Shown: positions 49,880-62,974, numbered from the stretch's first letter. The stretch is 64,000 bases of DNA from Raillietiella orientalis (GCA_036172245.1 JAYWIR010000048.1:930001-994000); one strand, 5' to 3'. The notes: a model not told the origin generated them from the sequence alone. Numbers and translations are program-made.

Positions 49880-51480
49880 TCGAGATATCTTTCTCTTACT
49901 TGGTTAGGTCCCCTGATCCGCCCTTCTAAAAGTAGAGATGGAGCTCGGCCCGTTCCTGGAGGGCAGCTTTTCCTTTCCGGAACAGGCTGCGGTGGAGAAC
50001 TCCTCCACCCCCTGCTTCTTGTCTGCCCAGTCCCTCCTGACATCAGGAGAGGAACCGAGGACCTCCTCGGGAAAGTCCTGTGGGACACAGGGAGGTCCAG
50101 AGTCCGGCTGAAAGATTTGTCTGCGCTGCGTAGGGATGGTGGACTGGACCTCCTCACGCTGGAAAGGAATGAAGCGTCAGCTCCAATGCAGAAGACTCGT
50201 CCTCGCGGCGAGGTTATGGACCACGCCTTGGTGAGAGCCAGCACGCTTCCCTGCCAGCGGAGCAACCGGCTACGAGGGACTGTCTTCGGTCCCCGTTGCC
50301 AAGGAAACCGGTTTGGGGCACTGTGGCCATCAACTTCGACAAATGGTTGCCGTGGCGGAGGAAAACACCCGAATCTCTGCCTTCCTGCTTTCCCACTTCC
50401 CTCCCTTCCAACTCAAGAAGACCAGACTCCTTCACTTTCAGCAGTGGGAACTCCGGAAACTTTCAATGGGAATCTGGCACTTACGTATCAGATAATGAGT
50501 GGAGGAGTCCGTTGAGCGTGGGGGAAGACCCACGGCACGAGGGAGGCCGAGTTCGCCTATCCACGGGACGGCAGAAATGCCCGTCAGTCTCTACGGGAGA
50601 TCATAACCAACCCGCACATGACGCTGTGGGTTTCGTTCACTCTCCCCTCCCCTCTCCCTAGTACTGCCCTCCCCTAAGGGAAGAAAGAGACAGCGACCTT
50701 CCGACAAGGTGGGAGATGTCCTGCTGCATTGCAGATACACAGAAACTCCTGGGTGCGTGAACGACGGACGGTGTGACCCCGAGTGTTCCACTCAAAGGGC
50801 TTTTCCGCTGGGAAGAGCTGCTGGGGATTCCTCTAGAATCCCTGATGTGGCCCCCGGTGTTGTAGGACAACCGCACCCTCCTTCTCAATTGGCAGGAATC
50901 GGCGCTGCTGCTGCTGCTGCTGCTGCATTGGATAACCCCTTGCAAAGCGAGCTCCTCCACCTCTGGACCCTGGGGAGTGCGAATGCGGAGCGTGACAGGT
51001 GCGGGGGGGGGGGGGAAGAGTTCCTCCCGCACCTGCTCCATGACTGTGCTGCCCTCCGGCCCCTCTGGGAACGGGCCTTCCTGATCCCGTTCCCGGGAGC
51101 AATCCCAGGAACGTCGTCAAGCGCCTCTTCGCTTGTGAAGCACCGCCACGAGCAGCGTGCGTAGCAACCGAATGCTGCGTGCGAGGCATAGTGGCGACAT
51201 GGAACGCCGACAGAAGAGGTCAGCACGACAGAAGTGCCCATCCGTCGATCGAAACTCCTTTTTGAGGATCGCCGCAAGATGGCCTTATCTGGGAAAAGAC
51301 AAACGCCAGCTCGCCAGCATCCTCCAGAGGATGAACGGGACGTCGCAGTCCTTTCCCACCCACCCATCCCCAAACAAACTTTCTACCTATTTTCGTTTAA
51401 ACTGCTCGATTTTCTCCCACCTCCTATGCCCCCGAGTGGCAATTGGGAAAAAACTGTTTTTTTGTACATGGTAGAGCCAA
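49880..51480 (+). mobile_element. Decayed L1/Tx1 ORF2 3' half
   Basis: LHPLLLVCP...LWDTGRSRVRLKDLSALRRDGGL...CDRCGG..EFLPHLLHDCAALRPLWE...FLRIAARWPYLG. Confidence 0.88.
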
Positions 51481-54129
51481 CGGTTCCACCAAGAATGTAA
51501 ATTTATTGTCATTGGTTAATAATGAATGCTCCCTAGGCAAATCCGGGTCAAAGCATGCCTGCCTCCTCCTTCACTCCCTGGAACTCCCTGCAGTACGCAC
51601 CGCGGGCTTCACTCACTGCACCCTACCGAGCCAGTGGGGTCATCATCAGCTTCGCCAACGCAAAGGCGGCTGTACGACTGCGCATCTCAGATACGAAGTC
51701 CAAAACGCCGAAGGGTGGTACCTGCTCGTCGATTCGTGAGGCGACTCGACGACTTGCGCCTCCGAGACTCCGCTCGCAAATTGCGCAGCAGCTGAAGAAG
51801 TCGCTGGTGAGCGTCCATCGATCCGTCTCGGGGCCACGGCAGCAATCCACCTTGAGCACCTGGCGGACGCGGCTTCAGCGGTGGGCATCAAGGCGGGCTG
51901 TGGAACTGGGAAGAGCACTCGGACGCTGTCGTGAGGCTCCCTAGGCAACGGATCGCACTCCGACGGCGTGCTCCAGACGGGATGCAGCAACGATCGAGCA
52001 GAAGGAAAAAACGGCTGTCCGCATCGCGAAATGGCTTGACGCACTGGTGAAGGAGCGAATTCCGGAACCGGAAATTGCTCTCGTTCCCTCTCCCATTGCT
52101 GCTGATTCGACCTGAAGCTCCTCCGCGCGCAGCGAAGGTTCAACTGCCCTCCCGTTGAGGGAAAAAAAATGGACCAGTCTTGGAAAACTGAAGCAGGAAG
52201 ATACGTAGACTGAGAGGGAGAGAAAGGGAGCGCAAGTTCATCCCTCTGGCGCCCGCTTCATGCGATTCCCCAATCAAGCGAACGAACGTATCGAGGGCCC
52301 CTTCCTCTTCTTTTACCCATCCCACTGCGGCAGTTTATTTGAAGAAATGAGCTGTTAACGGGCAGCTTTCAGAATGCCGAGGTGCAAAGGACGGATCCAT
52401 TGTTATTTATCGCATTACTATTATTTATGGCTACTTATTGTATCATCATTGTTTGTAGTGTGAAAGAGACAGCATCCATTAAAGAGCGATCTCTACCCTT
52501 AAAGGAAGTCAACAGTCTCATAAAGGGTGAAGGGGCAAAAGCGATGAGGAGGAACCTGTAACGCAGTGAGACGAAACTTCCAAAGACGTTTCCTTAGCAA
52601 CAGAGCTGACTTCTTAGAACGCGCATCATTTTAGATGACCCTGGTGGAATCACTCTTCCGGTACGCGACGGAAACGCGGCGCGAGGCTTCAGGCCAAGAA
52701 CTCACGGAAAGTCACTTTCGCGGGAGCGAATGCTTTGGAAAAGCGGCTTCACCTGACCACAGACCGACCTTCATCCCAGTCTTAGGATCGCTTCCCAATT
52801 CCCCTCTTTGAAGCCTCAAACGAGATGTTCTTACCGTTCTTCTTCTTTGGATCCGAGTGTATTCGAAATTGCAGTCCTCTTAAACCAGCAATGCTGTTCT
52901 CCTGACCACCGTCGGGGCAGTGCCCTAAAGGGAAGAAGTCTGTGCCAGCTTCTCCGCCTGTCTCTTCTCTTCTGACCTCGAAGTGGAATGTCTTGCTTTA
53001 CGGACAGCGACTCACCCGATATTTCCGGTGCACATCCCAGAAATGCACGGCATGTTCGCAAACATCTGCTCTTTCCAGGTGTCCTCCGGCTATCTTCTTC
53101 GGAATTTTCAAATTCTTTAACACTTCATCGTTTTCGTATTCCAGGATCCCGGAGATGCTGCCCCGGCTGCTCCCGTGATGTCAGGCGCTTTCCTAGAGGC
53201 GAAGCGGAGGTCTAATCCTCGGCACTTGCTCTTCTGCTTCCATCATGCCTCCACCACCGCCCCTTGTCATGAACTGCCTTAGGCGCAGCGGCGACCAACA
53301 TGACCACCTTCCCTTCGCTCTAAAGCATTAGGTGCAGTCTCCGATCTTCGCCATTCTGTTCAGTAGATTAAGAGGCAGTGATGATGCCTATTCATTAGAA
53401 ATCAGACAGCGTGTAATGCTGATGTTATTGTTGAAGAATGAGACATCAATCCTTGGAATCCCACTCTGCCTTCCTGCATATCCCCAGGGCCGTGTAGAGA
53501 ACGAGGCGCAGGCGCACCGCGACGGAGCGAGGAGGAAGGTGGCTGTGGGCGAGGCCTGAAGCCGTTCCCCACGCCCTTCTCGACTCGCATCGGCAGCCTC
53601 CTGTCAGGCACTGGCAGGGAGCTAGTGGAAGGGTGTCGCCAGGGGTCGGCTGCGATGGGGAGCACTTCTGGTCTTCATGCGGTCAGTCCGGAGCGATCGC
53701 CATCACCTACGTGCGAAGGGGGATGGAAGGGTGCGAGGGAACCTACGAACGCTTGTGGGCAGACTGACCAGAAGCTGGGGAGAGCACTCCATTCCATCTC
53801 TTGCCTGCCCGACGGAGGCCTTCGGGAATCAAGCCAATTACCACACGGCCCGTCCGCTACACCTCCCTCCCTATTCACTTAGCTGTTCGTTGTCCCCTCC
53901 TCCTCTCCTTTCCCTTCTTCCCAGTTCTTCCCCCTTCGAGGGCAGAGGACTTTGAACTTGGGCCGGCGCATGTCTTCTATGCTTTCTGGAGAGATATCAG
54001 TCTGCCGACTCCATAGTACGAGATGGAGAGGGTTCCCCGAGGAAGGGGAGCGGGGGGCGAGACTTTATTTGCACATCCGGAGAGGGACCCTGACGAGAAA
54101 CAACGTCTTGATTTCTGGATGGACCCCCG

Positions 54130-55250
54130 TCTTGTTTTGAAATAAACGGCTCCGCTATCCAGGGTGAGGTCACTCCAGGGCATTGGTTCAGCACGAGAAA
54201 CAGACAGACATGCTGGGGACGCAGTTCCCGGAAAACGCGAGAAGGTGTCCAGAAGGATGGTTCTCCAGCACGCAGAACAAGTCCGGAACGAGAAGACGGG
54301 GGAGAGGAGAGAAATGAACAAATAAATACAAATGGAAAAAAGGAAGGTCGGGATGGCATGAGACTCTCCTCCCGGTTCGGTACCGGTGCAGGATGCCGGC
54401 AATCTCCTACTCAACTTCTTTTTGCAGAGGAGGTTGCCTCGCAACCGCCCCCAAGAAGGAGACTAGCGTGCGACTGGCGTCCCTTTGCTGCGTCCGAAGA
54501 CGCCAGCACGCGGTTGCCGGTGACAATGGCACGGATGCGCCACGGCGCCTGCACGAGAGGAACCGAGGCGCACGAAGAACCGCCCGCAGCCAGTCCTTGG
54601 AAGTGGCCTCCCGAGAGCCGAAGGAGGCTCTTTGAGGGCACCGCAGCCCATCAAGAGGTCCATCAAAATCCACTTCCTGACGATCAATGTCTTCCGACGC
54701 ACCGCTCCCATCATCGAAAAAAAAAAATCCCCTCCTCTCTCCTGGCACTGCCATCGATGAGGTAAGGGTGGTTCCATCCGATGTTTTCTCCTCTACGGAA
54801 TTTATACTTTCTTTCGCGCCAAGGCACAGTTCGGGTATCAATCTCCGGGAACCGTTGCTAAGGAGACAGGCTGCGGAATAAGAAGGTTCTGAGAAATAGG
54901 ATGGATTTCGGAAGAGCGGATGAGAGAACCTCCCAACCGGGCTGACCTTCACCTCTGGAAGAAGAACGGAGGATAGGAACTTCGCGACCTTCTGAAGGGC
55001 GCGAGCGGGCAGCAAGGGGGTGGCGCTCCCCGGTGCAGTAGGAGCAACCTCGGTGGTTGTCGTCGCGGCGCGCGCACGATCGTCCCGTTGCAGACATTGC
55101 AAGGGACGTTGCCAAGCCTCCGCCTCCCGGATCCTCCTGGAAAGCAGACGGAAGAGCGGAGATGCCTGGCGACGAGACGAAAACACGAGGCATTATTTCG
55201 CGAATCATTTCTTTTGGTTCCTCTTGTTTCCCCCTTTCTCCTCCGCAAGT
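54130..55250 (-). mobile_element. LINE ORF1 zinc-knuckle region joined to ORF2 tail and 3' UTR
   Basis: CNVCNG and CSYCTGERHPLAAR (CX2CX4HX4C spacing, last Cys codon reads cgc), then DLLMGCGALK tail at ~54660 and 3' UTR. Confidence 0.65.
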
Positions 55251-55559
55251 GGTCCGTTTGCCTCTCCCTAAGAATGGAAGCTTCGGAGAGTCCGTCTCAA
55301 CAGGGCTGAATGGAATTTCCTTCCAGGCCATTTCTCGCCCCTCCGACGAGGGACCTCTCGCCCGCCTAAAAAGAGAGTAGCGATCCTAGAAGCGGCAGTG
55401 CACCTTGTTTGCCCGGGGAAGTGGGGGGGGGGGGGATGTCGAGACCCGGAGACGGCGTGGAGGCAGTAGCCGCGCACGCGACCCCCATCCCTTCCCAGCC
55501 ATCTCGCGGAACTAAGCAACCGGACCCTGCGCAGCTGATGAAAGGCAGAGGCGGGGAGC

Positions 55560-56840
55560 GCAAGAGCCGACCTCCTGCACAAGCGCGAAATGTCTGGTGC
55601 ACCATGTCCCCCCTCCCTCCCCCCTCTCGCCTTCCCCTCACCTGGTCCTGGGGAACTCTCCGCTTTGCCTTTCGGTCACCGAGACGCGGCCTATTTCCCT
55701 AAGACCAACGAACTTTAACTCCTGGCGGCAGGAGGCTGTTGAATCCTGGGCTGCATTCCAAGAAATGCCCCCCTGAGACATCTGTTGCTGCGATCCCTGG
55801 AAGTGGTGATGCAGGACGCGGTGAAGCCTTTCACCTTGGACGCCATATCTCTCACCGTAGCACTGTCTGCCTTCAGGACAAGAGATAACAGCAGTCAGCC
55901 GGCGAGGTGGAAGTTTTTCCTGCAGAATTGCGGGAGGAACGAAACTCCTCAGTTCCTGGAAGACGCGTGAGTTGGTGGATGCCTCCACTCCGCGTTCTGT
56001 GGCGAAGGGGCTCCTTCATTGAGGCGAACTCTTGGGTGTTGCCCCTGAAGAATCTGTAGTCCCTCCCCACTGTTTGGACGGTTCGTTCTTCCCCCTCGCC
56101 TGCAAGCAGGCCGTGCTGCTCTTCATCCACTGGGGATTCCAGTTCAGCGGGCGACGGCACCAAATTTCCGGAGGAACTGCATCCCCGAACTGTGCCAGGT
56201 GTGGAGTCGATCCTGTCGCACCTTCTTCTGGACTGCGGTGCCCTCCATGAACTGTGGAGGAGGTTGGAAGCAGCACTCCTGCACCGGGAGGACACCAATC
56301 GAGGCATGCTGCGGTGGTTCTTCACGCCGAAAGGCCTCTCAGAGTGCTCACTTATTGCAGCCACAGATTGCATCCGTGCCATCGTTGGAGCCTGACAGGT
56401 GCTGGAGGTCACCAGGATGTCAATCACCTACATCAGGACGGCTGCAAGATAGCCTCACCTGGAGGAAAAAAATAAGATCACCGTCATCCATCACCGGTTT
56501 GCGGACGGCTTGGAACAGCGAACCCAATGATCCTTGTCCTCTCCCTCCCTTTATTTATTTTTTTCTGGTTCCCCATTCGCTCCGTAACTCTTCCGATGCA
56601 TTTTGTTTCCATCCTGGTGCACGCGGAGCAATACCAAAGATACCTCAAAGATACCCCTTCCTACCAAGTTTGTTTTTGTTGTCCCTTGTCCTTCCCCCGT
56701 TCCTGACTCTCTGTTGTCCCGACCTGCGTTTCGGTGGACTCTCCTATCCTCCCCTTGTTCCTTGTAGTCGTTGGTTGGGAACGAGCGTGTTCCCAACTGG
56801 TTTATTTTTCATAAAATGAACGCTACGGGGTGACCAGGTG
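55560..56840 (+). mobile_element. L1/Tx1 ORF2 3' part plus 3' UTR
   Basis: PEESVVPPHCL...KQAVLLFIHWGFQ...SPNCARCG/SILSHLLLDCGALHELW...DCIRAIV; hairpin at 56719-56734. Confidence 0.88.
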
Positions 56841-57469
56841 AAAAAATTCCCTGCGAGACCCTCGAACTCGGGGGCACGGAGGGCGACTTTCCTTCCTTGT
56901 CCTCCAGGCCACGCGGGGGACGGCGCCTCGCATCCAAAGTCCTAATTGGAGGCCAGCGGGATGGCGAAACAGAGAAGACACCGTCCAGCGCGGGGTCCCC
57001 GGCGGTCAGGGAGGAGTGAAACTGGGTTCCGGCAGCAGCCACGAGAGTGGCAGCGAGCGCTTCCGCCCCGACCAGGAAGCGGAAGCTCCTCGTCCCCCTC
57101 ACTCTGCCGAGGGCTTCCATCCTAGACCTCCCGGAAATTCACAGGAGCTCCCGCCGAAGAGCGAAAATCCTGGTCTCCCGGCGATCCTCTTTGTCGGATG
57201 ATCTCTTGCGCATCCAGAGAGATCTCGCCGCTGGTGATTCAGAAGACAGGAGAGAAGGGATAAGGGGAGGGATGGTGAGACGAGACGAAAGAGAGGCGCA
57301 TAGCCGCTTCCGCGGGAGCGCGCTATCGGAAGGAAATCCCAACTCGAGGGGACTGCGGCAAGGCCGGCTGCCTGGAGACGCGTCCGTTTATCCGCCGCTC
57401 CAGCCCCGCGGGGATGAAGCGATCTCAGTGGGCTCTTCGCTTCTTTGATCTTCAAAGTGCCGAAGAACC

Positions 57470-57890
57470 ACTCGCCTCCTCAGGGGGAGGTCACGAAGCT
57501 TTTCGGTGCTGCCCATGCCGCCCAAGGGTGCCTGTGACTCTTCGAGTCATACGGAGTGACCCCGGAGGGACCACCCTATGAATCCAGGAAGACTCCGAAG
57601 GAAGGAAGTCCGTCCCTCTCATGCTTGGGAGAGGACCTCAAAGGAAGCTCTCTCCCTGGTTGCCTCCGCAGGGAGCCCCCAAGGGAACCCTGTCTCTGCT
57701 TGCCTCCTGAGAGGAGCTGGAAAGTACCCTCTCTTGGAATTTCTTCTCCGGAGGGAACCTGCAAGGGAACCGCTCCTTGCTTCCTCTTCCCTTTCCTTCT
57801 TCTCCCTTCCTCTTCCTCCTCTTCCTTTCCTCCCTTCCTCCTCCTTGCTGCACTCCCGGAGAGGACGCTATCACCTCCCCCCAACGGAAG
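57470..57890 (+). repeat. Third copy of the LINE-associated 5' tandem-repeat region
   Basis: ccctatgaatccaggaag and ggaatttcttctccggagggaacctgcaaggg are shared with 35010-35220. Confidence 0.75.
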
Positions 57891-59553
57891 GCTTTCATCG
57901 CTCCCGTAGGCCACGGAAGGAGGCAGGCAAATTCGAAGAGGTCAGCGCCCTTTCCCCTGACCGGGGACGCGCCGGCGAGGAGGCTGCGCGGGTCTCGGTC
58001 CTCCTGCTGCCTCCGGCGTGCTCCGAGTCTCCGCGGTCGCGTCCCCGCGGTGGGTTCCGGGAAGCAAGGGTTCCTCCTCCTTTCCAGGCGGCAAGGAGCA
58101 GTGTGCCGCGGTCATAGCCGTGTCTCAGGAAGGGGGAAGAAGTCGACCGGGAGGCGCTCCGTACCTCGAAGACGGCGACGCGACCTCGGAGGAAGCTATC
58201 CGGGTGCCTCCCAGCAGCCCCCTCCATGCCGGCAGGTGGCGTCTGCCATGCTGCAGGGCTGCCCACGGGCCCCCCGGTGGCGACGGATGATCCGATCTCC
58301 AGGCGCTTCGAAACTCGCCCGGCCATTCCAGCCCCGCGGCAAAGGGGCTCCGGGGACGCCCCCCTAACCTCCTTGGGAATGGAGAACGTGTACCACCCGC
58401 CAGAGAGGGCGTTTTAGCCGCCCGTTTCATTCCTGCCACATCTTTGCATACAAAGGAGCAGCTCCATGGAAACGGACCTCTGTGGCTCCCAGGGAGAGGA
58501 AGCATTGGGAAAAACCCTTCTATCCTTTCTGGCCATCCCCTGCGCTCCGTGCGCGGGGAGCAGGGAGGAGGCAGCGAAGCTCGAGAGGGCGGCAGGCAGG
58601 CTGGAAATTCCTACGTGGGGACGAGAAATCAGCAAAAAGAAAAAAACAAAAAAAGTAATCAGGCGAATTCGATCGGGAAGGGAGGAGGCGGTCCGCTCCG
58701 CGCGCAGGCGTCCCCATGACAACCAAGCAGCTCTTCGTGCGATGGATGTCGTCCCGGCCCCCGGGTCTGCCACTGCGAGGATCGTTCTACCCGGATGCAA
58801 CCGGGGGGAGGGAGACAGGGGGGAGAAGATGAACGAATTGCGAGCGACCAACCCTTCCCGATCCTGGTTCAGCGTCTGCCCTTCTCTCCATCGGTGACGA
58901 CTTCCAAATCCATATTGGCTCCCGTTCGCCACGTCAGATTCCGAGAATTATTGCGCATCCTCCTGCTCATGCCCGAAGGACGGGGACCTCTTTTATTGTC
59001 CGGGATGGAAATTTTCCGTGTTTTGAGGAGTGGATGCAGCTCTGTAAATCATCCAGGAGGAACGCCGACCCTGGAGAAGAGAACGCGTCGCGATGCACAG
59101 ATGTGGGACGGCCGGGAAGCTCAGCGAGTTCCGGGATGCGTTTGAGGCCGCGCGCGTGCGGGGCGCTACGGGACGGCGAGGACGGCGTTCCCGTCCGCCG
59201 CTCCACGCCCCGTGGCCCTCCGCGGAAGGAAGGACTACTCTCTCCGAGACCAGGAACAGGGGACCTCTCGCGGTGTGCTTCCTCCTCTTCTGTCGTCAGG
59301 GATCCGCGCGAGCGGGTATTCCAAAGAGCGGATCCCGTTGTCTTGGACGAGGTGGTGTGGTAGGGCGGAAGGCTCGCAGAGGTGCTGTCACCACGCGGAC
59401 GTGTGGCGACAGAGGTGATGCCGACGTGCCCAGCACCCTTCGAGAGGAAGCGGCAAATCAGGGGCAGCAGCAGCCTCCTCTCGGAAACCGCCAAGAACTT
59501 TCTGCTGTTTCGCAGACCACTGCCTCTGGAAGCCCAGCGACTGAGAAAACGCA

Positions 59554-59753
59554 GAGAGGCTGCGCCTGCACAAACGAAAGGAGCACAAGCAACGCGATGG
59601 TGCCGGACGTCGGCAGTGCACCAGGAGACGACGACGGACAATGCGGCGGCACCCAAACAGAGCAATGCGACGGTGCCGCAAGTTGGCAGTTCCCGAAGAG
59701 ACGACGTCGGACAATGAGACGGTGTCGGAAGTCGGCAGCCTACCAAGACATGA
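59554..59753 (+). repeat. Local repeat: ~110-bp segment duplicated at 61509-61620, overlapping three ~49-bp tandem units
   Basis: gagaggctgcgcctgcacaaac...gcaacgcgatggtgccgga occurs at both sites; units start at 59591, 59664 and 59713. Confidence 0.85.
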
Positions 59754-62700
59754 TCTGCCTCGAAAACGGCCCCGAGGGATCTCGTGCCCCGAAGAGTCAC
59801 ATGGGGGTGATTCCTCGAGAGGGTGTGGACGAAAAGGACATGCACACACGCGTCTGTCAAGCACCTAAGGAGACGCGGCTTACGATCCCGGGGAAAAGCG
59901 CGCGCCGGGGATCGGGGAACTCTGGCCGGGCACCTCTCGACTCCGCTTTCTTCCTTGGAACGCTGCTGCAGCCTCTACAAGCGGATCCACTCGCTCCGCT
60001 AGCACTAGTCGGGAGACCCTCGAACGTGGGATGGCGCCAGAGAGCATCGACAGGGACGAATGCGCGCGGAAACAAGAATGGTCTGCAACGACTCTGCAGT
60101 CCCTCCACGGCTCGTCGTCCTTCGGCATCGGAAGGACGTCCCAGACAGGCACGCATGTGACAGCCAGGACCAAACGTGGCCTGCGAGCAGGGTTGCCATA
60201 AGCTCTGTGTCCCAAGAGCCTCTCTCGGTGGAGCATCAGTGGCGCCAGATCGCGGAACGTGTGCGTTTTCGACTCCCGGCTCCGCGCCTTATGTCATTCG
60301 TTCATTTCTGAGCTCCGCAGATTCGGAGGGGAGGCGTATCAGCGCCATCTGTGGACCGAATGCTGAGACGGAGCAGGCGAAACGAGGAGTGCTCCGCCGC
60401 CAGGCGGCGCTGGAGTGGAGGACTGTTGCAATGGGAGCTCGTGGACTAACTTGCTGCTCCGCTCCTGCCGCGTGGATCCCCCAAAGGGGGCTCTCGTAGT
60501 TCGAAACGTCCCTGCAGCGATTCCGGGCAAATATGCGCCCGCAGCCCGTCTCCTCGTCACCAGCAACGATCGGCCTCTGGAAGCTGAGCTGAAGAAGAAC
60601 CTTGCTTGTCCTCTGCGTTCCGCACCTGATTACGGAATAGCTAGCATGGAGGACCGTTGCGTGGAAACCCCTCTCGGAAGCAGGTGATCCTCCTCAATCC
60701 TCGTGTTCCAGGTGAGAGGGATCCTTCCCGAAGTCTGGAAGAGATCCCTTCTTCACCAGGATCCACGGACAGGGAGAGGAGCTCTCGCAAGCACGCGACG
60801 CGACGTTCTTCTCAGACCTGCACTCTTCAAGAGCTGCTGTGGCCTGCATTTTTCCCGTCTCCTCGGAAACCTCCCAATGCGCTCTCGAGGAGAACAAAAT
60901 CTTGGAGACGAAAAGAGTCGCGCAACATTCTGGGACTGATAGCGGCCGTTGCAGGAGCACCTCTGGCTAGTTGGACGCGCATCTTCGTTTGCTATCAGTG
61001 GCTTCATCCTCCTGAGCCAGCATGGATGTGGACAGCAGACGCAGAACAATCGAAAGAGTTCCCTTGCGAAAAACGTTCAGAGTCGCCATCCGCACAATCT
61101 GGAGATGCTCCCATCCCCTGCAGGCTTTCTTCGGACTAAGCTGAGAACTCGGTACGATGCAGATCGCAAAGAGGCGCAAGTCATCAGTTACGTCGAGATG
61201 CAGGGATCCTCCTCCTCGTTTCTCTTATCCTGCGTGCTTCTTTTCTCGGGGTGTTCATATGTTGTTATCACGACCGTCTGCACGCAGGGTTTAAACAGCC
61301 GGCTCAAACAGTTCGGCTGCGGGCAGGAGCTTGCTGGAAGTTGATTATCCAGAGGCCGATGGACCGAAATCCATCGAATCGAGCCAGGCGTGAGCTCCCC
61401 CACGTCCCGATCTGCTGGCGGCGATGCAGAGACTCTTACCCACCACTGATCGTAGAGTTTTCCAAGAGAACTCCTGGATGGAGGGACGAGGCGAGCTCAT
61501 CAAACTCCGAGAGGCTGCGCCTGCACAAACAAATGGAGCACAAGCAACGCGATGGTGCCGGAAGTTGGCAGTGCACCAAGGGATGGCGCCGGACAATGCG
61601 ACAGCGGCGCCCATAGAGAGCAGAGCTCCTTCCTGCCAGCAGCAATGAGAAAAAGAGCACACACAGGGGAACGCAGATGGAATGCTAAGTTGTTGGCTGC
61701 AGACACAGATTACCGGACACGAGGAAGTTCTGGACGAAAGGGGATGCAATTCTTTCCCAGTTCTGTACGGGTGAAGAAGGCTGTGCCTGCTTTCACTGGA
61801 AGTTATTCTTATAAAGTGCGGGAAGAAGGGAAGGGAAGAGAGGCAACCATAAAGCGAAGCAATAAGATAGATGCGTGAGCTAATAGGGTGGATTGTGGGG
61901 ATTGGAAGGTCGTGAGGAGCCGATCGAATAGCGTGCAACCCCGCTAAAGCTCCCAAGTTCTCCTCCTCCCGAAAAGACGGACTAGGAACTCCTGCTCAAG
62001 CACGTTAAAACCGATTGATGTCATTTATTTTCTTCCTCTCCTTCTGAATCAGATGGAACGGAGCCGCTGTGGCGGAAGAACCCAGAGACTTCCTCCAGCT
62101 GGAAGGGACACGCGCAAACCGCTCGGCACATGCACCAGGGGCTGCGCGCGGCTGGGTCTGCTTGCCCGCCACCACCGTCTTGGTCGCGCCGCATGACGTG
62201 CGCGGCCCTCGCCGGCAAGCACAGACAATCCCTCCCCTCCCCCTTCTCCCTCAAGGATTCCGGGGGAATCTGAGGGATCTGGAAGGTCGTGAAGTCGAGC
62301 ATCGAGATTTAGCAATTTCCTCTTCCCCGTCTGTCTGACGGGGACTGTTCGCCGCTCACGTCAGCCACCGGATCCTGGCAAAGCAATGTTTGTGTTCCGT
62401 TTTCCTTTGTTTATTTAATCCAACATGGAGGCCAATCGAAGGAGTCTTCGGCAGCAGCAGGCACCATCGACGGAACGAAGTCGACGCGGGACCCACGACA
62501 ATTACACTTCCCCACCCCGACCCCCTGTTATTTTCCGATGGGTCGGGTGGGAGAGGTCGTTTCTGCCGCAGGAATTCGTGGACGAGAGCTCATCCTCCAC
62601 GTCTCCTGCGGCAGGGCAGCTTCCTTCGAGGCGACACGGGCCGAGACCTCAGTGCTTGTGGCATTGCGGAAGAGACGTCAGACGCCGGCAACGAACGCGG

Positions 62701-62773
62701 ACGCAAAGCTTGCGATGACTAGGAGTAGGTTGCCATGGGCTGGATCGCTGCCTCCCGCAATGCCAAGGAACCG

Positions 62774-62974
62774 TCAGGAATCCGGGCGCTGCAGGAAGCG
62801 GAAGGTGAACTGGACCACTTTCTGCAGCTCGCTCTCGTCGAACTCCGGGGGAGGGTGCGTCGCGTTCCCCGAAGGCGGGACGAGGTCCCCACCGGCGGCA
62901 GTGGCGTTCCAGACCAGGTAGGCGCCCCTGCTTTCCAGCAGCTCGCGGAATTCCTTGCACTCGTGGCATTCCAG
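62774..62974 (-). CDS. Probable terminal coding exon (66 aa plus stop) of an unidentified host gene
   Basis: Polypyrimidine tract and CAG acceptor (62975-62977), phase-0 frame LECHECKEFRELLESRGAYLVWNATAA...FRFLQRPDS-stop, 57 of 66 codons end in G/C, AATAAA on minus at 62410-62415. Confidence 0.65.
   Translation of the reverse strand: MECHECKEFRELLESRGAYLVWNATAAGGDLVPPSGNATHPPPEFDESELQKVVQFTFRFLQRPDS

Noticed and set aside
59093..60160. 355-aa ORF, and similar long ORFs at 42462-43331, 43919-44878 and 48014-48862
   Set aside because: Arg/Gly/Pro/Ser-rich with no domain motifs or codon bias; expected by chance in GC-rich DNA.
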